A stretch of DNA of 64,000 nucleotides. Source: an uncultured Gammaproteobacteria bacterium. GTDB lineage: Bacteria; Pseudomonadota; Gammaproteobacteria; UBA9214. The stretch's first letter is position 1; each line of letters begins with the position of its first letter. The DNA lies in contig CAVXNM010000027.1 in assembly GCA_963763115.1 (NCBI GenBank), forward strand, positions 70,703-134,702. The letters run 5' to 3'. Shown piece by piece: positions 7,639-16,293 of the stretch. The notes under the pieces were generated by a model. It made no database searches, was not told the origin of the DNA, and worked only from the letters and a program-made list of their open reading frames with translations. Position numbers and translations under genes: made by a program.

Positions 7639-10600
7639 ATGAAAATGCCATCAGGTAGCTGTACCTTTTTTGCACGCCTAGTTATCTCCATAGTTACCGG
7701 AATCGCACTGGCGGCCCTTGCCGCGACGGCGGATGCCAAGAAGAATAAACCACCCGTGCCGCCGTTCGGTTGCTCGATCATGGACCCCGGTGAGATCCTA
7801 ATGAATACCCCGGTGGATATGACCGCCATGCTCGAAGGTGGTGCCACGCCATACAAGAAGGTGAAGTGGAAATTCGCCAAGAAGAAGAAGGCAAATCCGA
7901 ATAAGGTGGAGACAACGGATGTGGAACCGGGCGCCGTCACGGCGACGACAACCTTCAGTAAAGCCGGATCGCAAAACGTCGTCCTGATCGTCAAGGATCA
8001 ATATAAGAAGACCTGCAAGGCCAGTTTGACTGTGGCAGTCGTCGAGGAGTCGCCGCCTGTCACTGGCGTGCCTACGGCACGCGGTGACACCTACGCGACC
8101 CCGATCGGGAAAGAGCTGACGGTGGGGGCTTCGCGCGTCTCGGGCGTGCTCTACAATGACTTCGATACCGACCCGGACACCGGCGCGAATCTCGGCAATG
8201 CGGGTCTTACCGTCGTCCAGGATAGTGACCCGGCGCATGGCACGGTACACCTGCATGCCGACGGTTCGTTTACGTATACACCCGACGGGACTCTAAACGA
8301 CAACGATAACGACAGTTTCACCTATCACGCCGTGGATAGCGACGCCAACTCATCTGACGTGGCGATTGTGAATATCCACATTACGGCCGACCAGCCTGAC
8401 TTCAAGATCCTGATGAACTATGAACTCGGCATGCACTGCACCGGCTTCGAGTTCTCCTACTGTTGTGTGCTGCCCCCGTACAACTCGATCGTGGCACAGG
8501 TGGTGAAGTCACAGACACCCGGTTTCCCGACTTCCAATGCGGACTATCCGCGACTGCTTACGGCCGACCCGGACAACGGTCTGGATGGACTGGGCCGCGA
8601 GACCGTGCTGCGCGATTACGACAGTGACGGGAACTTCAACAAGTACTACCTGGAGTATTACCACGACATCATGCCGCGCCTTGAAGGCAACATGCCCGGT
8701 TCATTCAATTCTTCGGCGGGGAAGGACACCCTCATCAGCGCCGTCGAGGGCAACTCGCTGCTCTACTGGAATACCCCGTATGATTCGGCGCAGGTGGATA
8801 CCGACGGGTCGATCACCGGGGTGCCCGGCAAGCTGGTCACCGGCACCTACGCCGGGGAATTTAATGTAGTGTTGGGTGATGGGTCTTTCCAGACCCCCTG
8901 TAAAACCGGTCCGGACGGGTGTACCGACAACTTCGCCAATGGCTGGCTGAACCACTTCTATATCTACCAGGACCTGGAAGGGAGCAATCCCGCCGACACC
9001 AGCCTGGAGATCGACAAGATGCGTCTCGGGGTGGCCAACATGGTCGAGTATCCATCCGATTCCGGCGCGGCCCTGCAGCCTATGGGACCGACCGGCAACG
9101 ATGCGGGATTCGATAACGTGCTGACCTTCTCCGGCGACACCGGCACGGTGGTGTACACCCAGATGAAAGTGCTGGAGAACCTGCCGATCATGCTGACCGC
9201 ACCGAAGATCTGGGAGGCCCTCGGCCTGCCGCTGACGCCGTTCGAGGATTCGATCGACTTCTTCGCCGATCCGGGTGCGGTGGACGAGGATACGATCCGT
9301 CCCTTTGTGGCGATGAAGGCGCAGTTGTTTGAAGCCAACTGCGATGAATCGACGGGCGACTGCACCAAGGGTGCTGCGGTTATGAGCAATGGACGGCCAG
9401 TGCTTGGTTTCGGCTCGGCGCCGATCGATATCCCGAACTGTGAGCGTTGTCACTCGGCACCGGCCTATCAGGCGGATGGTGTCACGCCGAACGTCAACAG
9501 CCCGAGTTACGTGAGGCGACAGGACGGACCAGACCCTTACGTTGGACCGTCCGGCGAGACCCTCGAGGCGATGATCGATCTGGAGGTCAACTACTGGAAG
9601 GCCTTCTACGACCTGGATACCACCATGGGTGACACGGACTGGTATGCGCGGCTCAAGGGTGCGGCCATCAGTATCGAGGTCATGCATGACTTCGATAACG
9701 GTACCAACTTCACCGCCAACTATCCGACCTCCGGTCTGAATCCGGACGGCACGCCTGAACCACCCAATGACATTTTGGGCATGCCAGCTGAAAAGGCCAT
9801 GATCATGCAGAACACCCGCATGGGTCATGAATCGGTCATCTGCCAGAAGTGCCACGCCGACAACGTGATCGCGGTAGTCAAGTCGGCGAACATCGGCGCC
9901 AGCGATGGCCCCCTCGTCCCGCCCATCTCGGAGGCGATCCATAACGCTCACAGGGCAAACAGCGCGGGTGGAGTGATCGTCTTCAACGACGCCCTCGGGC
10001 GCTTCGGCGGCTGCCAGGGCTGTCACCCGGCGCACCGCTCCGACGGCGTGATGGACAACTATCCCATCACGGTTAACGGTGATAACGTCAGAGCCGAAAG
10101 CGACAACCGCCTGGGTGCGGGTGGCTGCTTCGTCGGCCGTGACGTGCACTCCAACCCCTTGAAGGACGTGGATGGAGCGGAGACGCCGGAGCACCTGAAT
10201 ACGGTGGGGCAGTGGCTGAAGGACAATGTCGCGCGCAACCAGGCGGGACTGGGTAACAGCGATGAGGACTACCGGGGCATCTGGTGCACCAACTGCCACA
10301 CCCAGCTCAGCCAGGAGCTGTGGCGCACCGAGGACTGCAATGACCTGATCCACAGCAATCCAAACCAGGTCTCGTCTCCGGATTGCCTGGTCAACCCGCG
10401 TGCGGCGGGACCCGGCCTCAGTGATGTCGCCGCTGCAGTCGGACTGACCGAGCAGGAGGCGATCAACTACCTTGATCCGAAGAACCCGGACGTGCAGCCT
10501 CCAGGTGTGCCTCAGGTCACGGTGGACAGGACCCATGCGGCCTGGGATCCGTTGATTGACGATGCCAACTTGGCGACCATCGAGGTGGCCGCGGCAGATT

Positions 10601-11652
10601 CCCCCGGGAGCTGTGCTCCCCTGTCAAGCGTGTTCAACGCAACCTTCAACGTCAATGTCTGTGTCAGTCTGGACGGGGATGGGGATCCGAGTGTCAATAT
10701 CCTGACCTTCTGCACGACGGACGACTGTGTGAAACAGGTGAATGATCCGGCAAACAGAACCGTGCCGGGCAGCTGGCGATATCCCGAAGCGGGTACCGTC
10801 GACCGTGTTTCGGGCTTCGCCGGTACGGGGACAGTTGGTGCGGCGGTGCCCTTCTCGGCAGCGGACGACGCCCGCGACCATTGGCTGTCAGCGGGTGAGC
10901 CCCACTGCGCGGATTGCCATGCGGCACCCTACACGGAGCAGAGCGGTAACATCAACCCGTTCCCGCCCTTCAACTACCCGGCGAAGGCGGGCCTGAATCG
11001 CTACTCGTTCGGCCATCAAGGCATCACTTGCCAGGGCTGCCACGAGTCGATCCACGGTCTCTATCCGGTGGGGCCGGCGATCGATAACACGACCTACGCG
11101 CAGGCGGCGGCACTGAACGCAGACGGCTCCCATGGTCCGCTGAAGTGCGGTACCTGCCACACGGTCAATGGCAACGGCATCCCGAGCTGGATTTCCCCAT
11201 TAGGTGACGGAGCCGTCGGCAACCAGATCAACGGCAGTTTCGACAATGCCGTGGGTTGGGCGCATACCTACACGGCCGAGGCCAATGTGCTCAACACGAC
11301 ATGCCAGAACTGTCACGGCGTGGATGGTGATTTTGACAGCAGCACTGTCAACACCAACAGCGTCCCGGCGGACTGGACCAAAGTCGCTAGTCACGAACCG
11401 GCATTCCTGAAACATTCATTCAGGGGATATACTTCGCGGCTGATGATGGACAATGCCGAGACGCTCGTCTCGGGGTCGGTCGACGGAACAACCGACGGTT
11501 CGGACGGCGTCTGCCTCGGTTGTCATGCAAACTTCAGTGGTGGAGTGAGTTGCAGTGACGGGTGGAAGCAGCACCTGACCCAGGGACGCGTCGCCGAATC
11601 GGTCTGGGAACAGGTCTCCGAAATGAAGACCGGCTCACTCTGCGGCTGGTAA
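7639..11652 (+). CDS. Large secreted multiheme cytochrome c (nine CxxCH sites) with N-terminal Ig-like/cadherin-like domains
   Basis: RBS AGGAGG about 6 nt before ATG 7639 (the track ORF starts at 7597). Signal peptide ...IALAALAATADA|KK. A PKD/Ig-like segment is followed by a cadherin-like segment (GVLYNDFDTDPD...GSFTYTPDG...DSFTYHAVD). CxxCH sites sit at ORF residues 615, 749, 806, 897, 1104, 1145, 1184, 1236 and 1306 (CERCH, CQKCH, CQGCH, CTNCH, CADCH, CQGCH, CGTCH, CQNCH, CLGCH). Confidence 0.9.
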   Translation: MKMPSGSCTFFARLVISIVTGIALAALAATADAKKNKPPVPPFGCSIMDPGEILMNTPVDMTAMLEGGATPYKKVKWKFAKKKKANPNKVETTDVEPGAVTATTTFSKAGSQNVVLIVKDQYKKTCKASLTVAVVEESPPVTGVPTARGDTYATPIGKELTVGASRVSGVLYNDFDTDPDTGANLGNAGLTVVQDSDPAHGTVHLHADGSFTYTPDGTLNDNDNDSFTYHAVDSDANSSDVAIVNIHITADQPDFKILMNYELGMHCTGFEFSYCCVLPPYNSIVAQVVKSQTPGFPTSNADYPRLLTADPDNGLDGLGRETVLRDYDSDGNFNKYYLEYYHDIMPRLEGNMPGSFNSSAGKDTLISAVEGNSLLYWNTPYDSAQVDTDGSITGVPGKLVTGTYAGEFNVVLGDGSFQTPCKTGPDGCTDNFANGWLNHFYIYQDLEGSNPADTSLEIDKMRLGVANMVEYPSDSGAALQPMGPTGNDAGFDNVLTFSGDTGTVVYTQMKVLENLPIMLTAPKIWEALGLPLTPFEDSIDFFADPGAVDEDTIRPFVAMKAQLFEANCDESTGDCTKGAAVMSNGRPVLGFGSAPIDIPNCERCHSAPAYQADGVTPNVNSPSYVRRQDGPDPYVGPSGETLEAMIDLEVNYWKAFYDLDTTMGDTDWYARLKGAAISIEVMHDFDNGTNFTANYPTSGLNPDGTPEPPNDILGMPAEKAMIMQNTRMGHESVICQKCHADNVIAVVKSANIGASDGPLVPPISEAIHNAHRANSAGGVIVFNDALGRFGGCQGCHPAHRSDGVMDNYPITVNGDNVRAESDNRLGAGGCFVGRDVHSNPLKDVDGAETPEHLNTVGQWLKDNVARNQAGLGNSDEDYRGIWCTNCHTQLSQELWRTEDCNDLIHSNPNQVSSPDCLVNPRAAGPGLSDVAAAVGLTEQEAINYLDPKNPDVQPPGVPQVTVDRTHAAWDPLIDDANLATIEVAAADSPGSCAPLSSVFNATFNVNVCVSLDGDGDPSVNILTFCTTDDCVKQVNDPANRTVPGSWRYPEAGTVDRVSGFAGTGTVGAAVPFSAADDARDHWLSAGEPHCADCHAAPYTEQSGNINPFPPFNYPAKAGLNRYSFGHQGITCQGCHESIHGLYPVGPAIDNTTYAQAAALNADGSHGPLKCGTCHTVNGNGIPSWISPLGDGAVGNQINGSFDNAVGWAHTYTAEANVLNTTCQNCHGVDGDFDSSTVNTNSVPADWTKVASHEPAFLKHSFRGYTSRLMMDNAETLVSGSVDGTTDGSDGVCLGCHANFSGGVSCSDGWKQHLTQGRVAESVWEQVSEMKTGSLCGW

Positions 11653-11700
11653 CTGGAGGGGTTCCGCCCGTTCAGCGAGATGGAGCGGGCACACCAACCA

Positions 11701-11735
11701 ATGGAGGGGAAACGTGTTTCCCCTCCATTTCTTAA
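11701..11735 (+). terminator. Rho-independent terminator after the multiheme cytochrome gene
   Basis: Perfect hairpin 'atggaggggaaac gt gtttcccctccat' followed by 'ttctt'. Confidence 0.75.
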
Positions 11736-11840
11736 CAGAGTCAGCAATCCTCCGGGATAGTTGTTCACGGCGCGGCCAACGGCTGCCTGCCCGGTGGCAC
11801 CCTGAGGTTTGAGATTCAGCAAACGATGAGGGCAACAATA

Positions 11841-13340
11841 ATGAAAGTAATACTTGCGTTTATGACCGCGCTGCTCATGCTCCCGGTTTGCGCGACCGGC
11901 ACGTTGGCCAGTGCCGCCGACACGGAGCCCAGGGCCACTATGGTCGATGATGTGATCGCCCGGGTGGGCGATCAGACGATCACCTTCAGCGAGATCAACA
12001 CCGCGCTCAACAGCTCGGCGATCGTCGGCTTATCCATCCCGGCACTGGGCACACCGGAGCGGGACACGACGCGGATTGTGCTGCTGGACCGGTTCGTCAG
12101 CGCCAACCTGCTGTATCTCGATGCGCTCAAGCAGGGTGTCGACAAGGATCCGGGCTACCAGAGGGCGATCACCCGCTTCTCCGATGCGATCCTGGCCGGG
12201 CTTTATCGGAAACGTAACCAGGGGGGCGACATTCCAATCAGCGAGGAAGAGGTACAGGCCTACTACAAGCAGTATGTGGCGCCGGATACGGAATTGACCG
12301 CTGATCTGCATCTGCAGATCGAATCGACACTGCGCCGGCAGAAACTCCATGAACGGCTGGCAATGGCCGAGAAGACCTTGCGTGACGATGTCAAGGTGGT
12401 GATCCATCCGGAAAATCTGGCGCTCAAGGATGACGGGTACCGTGCGGACAGCACACCGCTGGCCGAGGTCGGTACGGAAACCATCACCTGGGGTCAGGTC
12501 AGTGACAGGATCATTGCCGCCGGCAAGGGGGCGATGATGACCGACCCGTCGGCCTCGGAGGACCAGGCGCGCCGGGATGCCCTGGAACACCAGATCGACC
12601 TGCGTATCATGGTGCAAAAGGCCAGGTCGGCGGGAATCGAGGACGACCCGTTGTACAAGAGACGGATGAAGGAGTACCAGAAAACGCTGCTGATCAATCG
12701 GCATCGCGAGCAGCTGGCAAAGACCATGGAACCCACGGCACAGGAACTCAAGGCCTGGTATGAAGCGAACAAGAAGCGCTTCGTCGTGCCGGAGGCTCGC
12801 AAGCTGCAGATGGTCGTCGTCAAGACCAAAGAGGAAGCCGAGAACCTCAAGGGCAGGATCGAAGCGGGTGAGCTGACCATCTACCAGGCGGCACGCGATC
12901 ATTCCATCGCCGCAAAGGCCAAGCAGGATCTGGGCGAGGTGGGCTGGGTGAAGCAGGGTGAGGTGGTGCCGGCGCTGGATCAGGTGATTTTCACGCTGGG
13001 ACCGGATGAGATCGGTGGTCCGGTGGAGACGCCGGCCGGCTGGCACCTGGTGAAGGTGCTCGAGGTGAAAGAGGCCAAGTTCACGGACTTCTACGATGAG
13101 ACGACGCGCAAGCAGGTTCGGCGCAAGTATCTGCATGAGAAAATGGATGCCTACACCGCGGAACTGCGCAAGCACGAGTTTCCGGTGGAGGTTTACCAGG
13201 AGCGCCTGGTGCAGCTCGAGCAGCAGGAGGCGGACATGGTGAAGTCACTGGCGGAGAAGGCTAAGCAACCGGGGTCAGTGACACAGAAACGCATCGAGGA
13301 ATTGCAAAAGCTCATGAAACCACCGCCACCGCCCATGTGA
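11841..13340 (+). CDS. Secreted PpiC/parvulin-type peptidyl-prolyl cis-trans isomerase (SurA/PpiD-like)
   Basis: Signal peptide MKVILAFMTALLMLPVCATGTLASA. Rotamase core '...LQMVVVKTKEEAENLKGRIEAGE...DLGEVGWVKQGEVVPALDQVIFTLGPDEIGGPVETPAGWHLVKVLE'. RBS GAGGG 8 nt before ATG 11841 (the track ORF starts at 11826). Confidence 0.85.
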   Translation: MKVILAFMTALLMLPVCATGTLASAADTEPRATMVDDVIARVGDQTITFSEINTALNSSAIVGLSIPALGTPERDTTRIVLLDRFVSANLLYLDALKQGVDKDPGYQRAITRFSDAILAGLYRKRNQGGDIPISEEEVQAYYKQYVAPDTELTADLHLQIESTLRRQKLHERLAMAEKTLRDDVKVVIHPENLALKDDGYRADSTPLAEVGTETITWGQVSDRIIAAGKGAMMTDPSASEDQARRDALEHQIDLRIMVQKARSAGIEDDPLYKRRMKEYQKTLLINRHREQLAKTMEPTAQELKAWYEANKKRFVVPEARKLQMVVVKTKEEAENLKGRIEAGELTIYQAARDHSIAAKAKQDLGEVGWVKQGEVVPALDQVIFTLGPDEIGGPVETPAGWHLVKVLEVKEAKFTDFYDETTRKQVRRKYLHEKMDAYTAELRKHEFPVEVYQERLVQLEQQEADMVKSLAEKAKQPGSVTQKRIEELQKLMKPPPPPM

Positions 13341-13560
13341 GGAGTGACAGTTCAGACAGGGGTCTAACCGGCATAAACGATTCACCCCTGTTCAGTCCTG
13401 GCAATCTGCGGAGTGCGGGCACGCGACCCTTCACCAGGCCCTCCGGCACGGTGATCAATACCACACACGATCGGGACAACGACAACGCCGGCAACCGATG
13501 GTAACGGTAACGTGTATTCTACGCTCCGTGGCATCACCCTGGCGAACTGAGCGCGGTCGG

Positions 13561-14088
13561 TTATTTCGCCTCAAGATTAGATGCCCGTGAGCTGCCGATC
13601 AGCTGCTCGATGGTCTCAATCATCTCCGGGTCATCCCAGTTGCGCGGTCCGTACGCGACATAGTGAACGCGGCCTTGCGGATCGACCAGAAAACTGGTCG
13701 GATAGAGATCGATTCCCCAGTCGTAAGCGGTCTGGCCTTCACGGTCCAGCAACAGGGGAAAATGAACTTTCGCCCTGGCGGCGAACTTCCACACCGTGCC
13801 GGGCGATTCCTCGACATTGACAGCGAGGAGGGTGAAGGGTTTTCCGGTCATGGCCTCCTGCAGGCGCTGCAGGCTGGGCATCTCCATCACACAGGGTCTG
13901 CACCAACTGGCCCAGAAATTCACCAGCACCACCCGGCCGCGATAATCCTGCAGCGCATGGACCTTGTGTCCCAGGTCCTCCAGTGACAGCGCGGGTGTCC
14001 GGGTGAAGCCACGGTAGGGCTCCAGTTGTCCTGCCGCAGCGCAGGACAGATGCAACAACATCAGCAGGCCAGTGAGGAATTTGATCAT
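13561..14088 (-). CDS. TlpA/ResA-like periplasmic thiol:disulfide oxidoreductase (thioredoxin fold)
   Basis: 'VVLVNFWASWCRPCVMEMPSL' carries a WCxxC motif. Probable start at the internal ATG 14088 gives the signal peptide MIKFLTGLLMLLHLSCAAAG. The 72 codons upstream in the track ORF look non-coding. Confidence 0.85.
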   Translation of the reverse strand: MIKFLTGLLMLLHLSCAAAGQLEPYRGFTRTPALSLEDLGHKVHALQDYRGRVVLVNFWASWCRPCVMEMPSLQRLQEAMTGKPFTLLAVNVEESPGTVWKFAARAKVHFPLLLDREGQTAYDWGIDLYPTSFLVDPQGRVHYVAYGPRNWDDPEMIETIEQLIGSSRASNLEAK

Positions 14089-14231
14089 GAGAGTTCCGGT
14101 AATTGCCTTTATGCCGCCGGCCCCGATCTGCATCACAGACGTCGATTGCCCAGGGCAGGCAGGACGCACAACCAGGGTCCGGCTTCGGTCTGCGCGCACT
14201 ATGTCAACACAAAGCCGTAACCCCGCCGTAC

Positions 14232-14546
14232 ATGAAGCATATCCAAAATCAGAGCACCCCGCCACGCGGCCGGATCCGGGTTGCCGCGCTTCTGCTGGCG
14301 GCACTGGCCGGTGGGGCCGTCATGGTAGTGGAGCTGGATGTGGCGCGCAGCCTGACGCCGGTACTCGGCGGGTCCATTTCGGTCCGGGCCATCGTCATCA
14401 TCACCACAATGCTGGCGTTGATCCCGGTGGTTGTCCTGCGACCGGGTCCAGGCGTGACGTCCCTGATTATCAGCGGCATACTGAAAAGGCCCAGCAGCCG
14501 GGCTCCGGGACCGGGAAGCGCATCGGGGAATTCCAGAAACTGCTGA
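14232..14546 (+). pseudogene. Probable gene remnant: N-terminal TM fragment resembling spermidine-synthase-family membrane proteins, fused to unrelated sequence
   Basis: 'RVAALLLAALAGGAVMVVELDVARSLTPVLGGSISVRAIVIITTMLALI' resembles the first TM pair of that family and then homology stops. In another frame the last 70 nt (14478-14548) are about 70% identical to the 3' end of the PPIase gene (13255-13322). Confidence 0.3.
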
Positions 14547-14693
14547 AGCAGTAAGCGCGTTATAATGGTACCCGGGATGCGGGAATAACGGTGCAGGGAG
14601 AAGATGAGACCGGGAACCGGTCGTGAGTCTGGGCTGCCATGCGCCGTTTGCAGGTCGAAAGGTCGGGCCCGTAACTCCTGAGCACGAAGAGTC

Positions 14694-14718
14694 GGATTCC
14701 CGCTTTCGCGGGAATGAC
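14694..14718. repeat. REP-like palindrome, family C ('ggattcccgctttcgcgggaatgac')
   Basis: Perfect stem tcccgc/gcggga. A second copy at 39313-39341 is nested inside the family B MITE. Confidence 0.7.
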
Positions 14719-14768
14719 CGGCATAATCAGAACGTCCGTGATTCGGCGTCGATCGGTAACGTCGCCGG

Positions 14769-15233
14769 ATGAGGCGGGAAGATAGACACATGCGGATGCC
14801 ACTCATAACCTGGTATACACTTTCGCGCTTGACTGCCGGCGTCTTCCTGCTGGTCATTGGTGCACTGGCTGTTCAGGCCGACGATCTCATGTCACCGGTC
14901 ATACCGGCAGCGGAAGTCAAGGAGCGGCTGGACACGCCACAAGCGCCGCTCATGGTGGACCTGCGCACACCGCCGGAGTTCGCTGTTGCGCACCTGCCCG
15001 GCGCCGTCAACATTCCGCTGTCGGAGCTGGTGAAACGTCTGGATGAAGTGCGTCCTGCCGAGGACCATGACCTTCTCATCTATTGTTTCAACGGCTCCCG
15101 GACGCGGCAGGCCGAGCCGCTGCTCTATGCGCATGACATCAGTAATTTTTACCACCTCGAAGGTTCGCTCGAGGGATGGCTGCTGAAAAACTATCCGATC
15201 GAGAAGGGCGGCGTGCACCGAAAGACCTGGTAA
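14769..15233 (+). CDS. Rhodanese-domain sulfurtransferase, membrane-anchored or secreted
   Basis: Active-site loop 'IYCFNGSRTRQ' (CxxGxR), an N-terminal hydrophobic segment, and 'PPEFAVAHLPGAVNIP' typical of rhodanese. The exact start is uncertain (14769, 14790 or 14796). Confidence 0.8.
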   Translation: MRREDRHMRMPLITWYTLSRLTAGVFLLVIGALAVQADDLMSPVIPAAEVKERLDTPQAPLMVDLRTPPEFAVAHLPGAVNIPLSELVKRLDEVRPAEDHDLLIYCFNGSRTRQAEPLLYAHDISNFYHLEGSLEGWLLKNYPIEKGGVHRKTW

Positions 15234-15377
15234 ACGGGAATGACCGCCATCCGGTGCATGTCCCAGTCCAGACTCTCGACCGGTTCCCGGTCTCTCTGCC
15301 TCCCTGCACCGCCACCCCTGAATTTTTTAACGTGGTCGATGCAGTTTGAGTGGTTGCGATTACATGCGCAAGCTGAT

Positions 15378-15517
15378 TGCAGGAGCGGAATCGCCCGCGA
15401 ACTTTCTTGGTTAGTCACCACCGTGTTCGCAGGTGAACCCGCTCCTTCATGGTAATTCGATAATTCGTGGTGCCCTGGATTTGATTGTCTTACTGCAGGA
15501 GCAAGCCCGCTTCGACA
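15378..15517. repeat. REP-like elements, family D (TGCAGGAGCGG...CCCGCGAA type)
   Basis: Inverted pair 'tgcaggagcggaatcgcccgcgaac' (15378-15402) and 'gttcgcaggtgaacccgctcc' (15425-15445), plus a single copy 'ctgcaggagcaagcccgcttcgac' (15494-15517). Same family as 3004-3072. Confidence 0.7.
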
Positions 15518-15548
15518 AAAAGATTGAATGCGGATTTTTCGGATCGTC

Positions 15549-16007
15549 CTATTTTTCGGTGTCCGCACCGATCATCTGCTGCAACTCGCCGATGTGCTCC
15601 TGCAGGCGCTGCATGGCCAGCTGGTTGCGCTGCTGGACCAGCTCGGGCAGGCGCTCAAGCACCTTCTGGCCGGTGGGCGAACTGTAAAAGGCGTTCATCT
15701 CGTCGAGTTCCGCCTCGGTGAAAGTTTGCAGGTACATGTCCGTTAGATCGACTTTCAGGGCTTGCCAGCCGATGTATTTCCGGAGGAAGGCGCGCAGCAC
15801 CTCCCTGTGCTCCGTCAGGGCGGGATTCTGCGTGATTTGCAGGGCGAGAACACCGTCGACGCTGTCCTCGATCAACCGCTGCATATGCGTCAGTTCGAAG
15901 AGCCTTGCCACGGCCTCCCGGTGGCTGTCCGGTCCGGCGTGAGGCGGGGTTGGGCAGGCAAAAACCAGCAGCAAGGCCAATATTCCGGTCAGGGTGCGGG
16001 AATTCAT
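15549..16007 (-). CDS. Periplasmic DUF2059-like protein
   Basis: ATG 16007 with RBS GAGGAG. Signal peptide MNSRTLTGILALLLVFA, and 'ELDEMNAFYSSPTGQKVLERLPEL' typical of DUF2059. Confidence 0.7.
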   Translation of the reverse strand: MNSRTLTGILALLLVFACPTPPHAGPDSHREAVARLFELTHMQRLIEDSVDGVLALQITQNPALTEHREVLRAFLRKYIGWQALKVDLTDMYLQTFTEAELDEMNAFYSSPTGQKVLERLPELVQQRNQLAMQRLQEHIGELQQMIGADTEK

Positions 16008-16293
16008 GTGCAGTCTCCTCGGTCGACTATCGCGCAACAGGCAGAAGTGCTACTGTTGGTCGACGATAATAATAAAGAAAAGGCCATAGCGTGAATTTCG
16101 AAATGAATCTGTCTTGCAGGAGCCCGTTCCTGCAAGGAGAAGTATCAATCGTTCGAGGTTCTGTAACACAAATAACCAAAAACTGTTGATCGCTTGGCCC
16201 GGTCATCCTGCACAAGCCGTCTTGCTGTTTCGAAATGTTCAGGAGGACGTATCGGCAGGAAGTTGGCGGCGCTATTTTCACCAGGAGGCATTC

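Noticed and set aside
7299-7658. 119 aa ORF and neighbouring small ORFs (7121..7312 +, 7107..7298 -, 7241..7435 -, 7397..7588 +) in the cytochrome leader
   Set aside because: They mutually overlap, have no RBS, no motifs and mixed composition. I treated them as unexplained leader sequence rather than genes.
8701-10536. 611 aa minus-strand ORF inside the multiheme cytochrome gene
   Set aside because: It is antisense to a gene with a signal peptide, an RBS and nine CxxCH motifs. It has no recognisable motif and an Arg/His/Val-rich composition, so it is a high-GC shadow ORF. The same applies to 12030..13175 (-) opposite the PPIase gene.
14249-14857. 202 aa minus-strand ORF across the scar region
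   Set aside because: It runs through a REP palindrome and the 5' end of the rhodanese gene. It has a Ser/Arg/Thr/Pro-rich composition and no RBS or motif.
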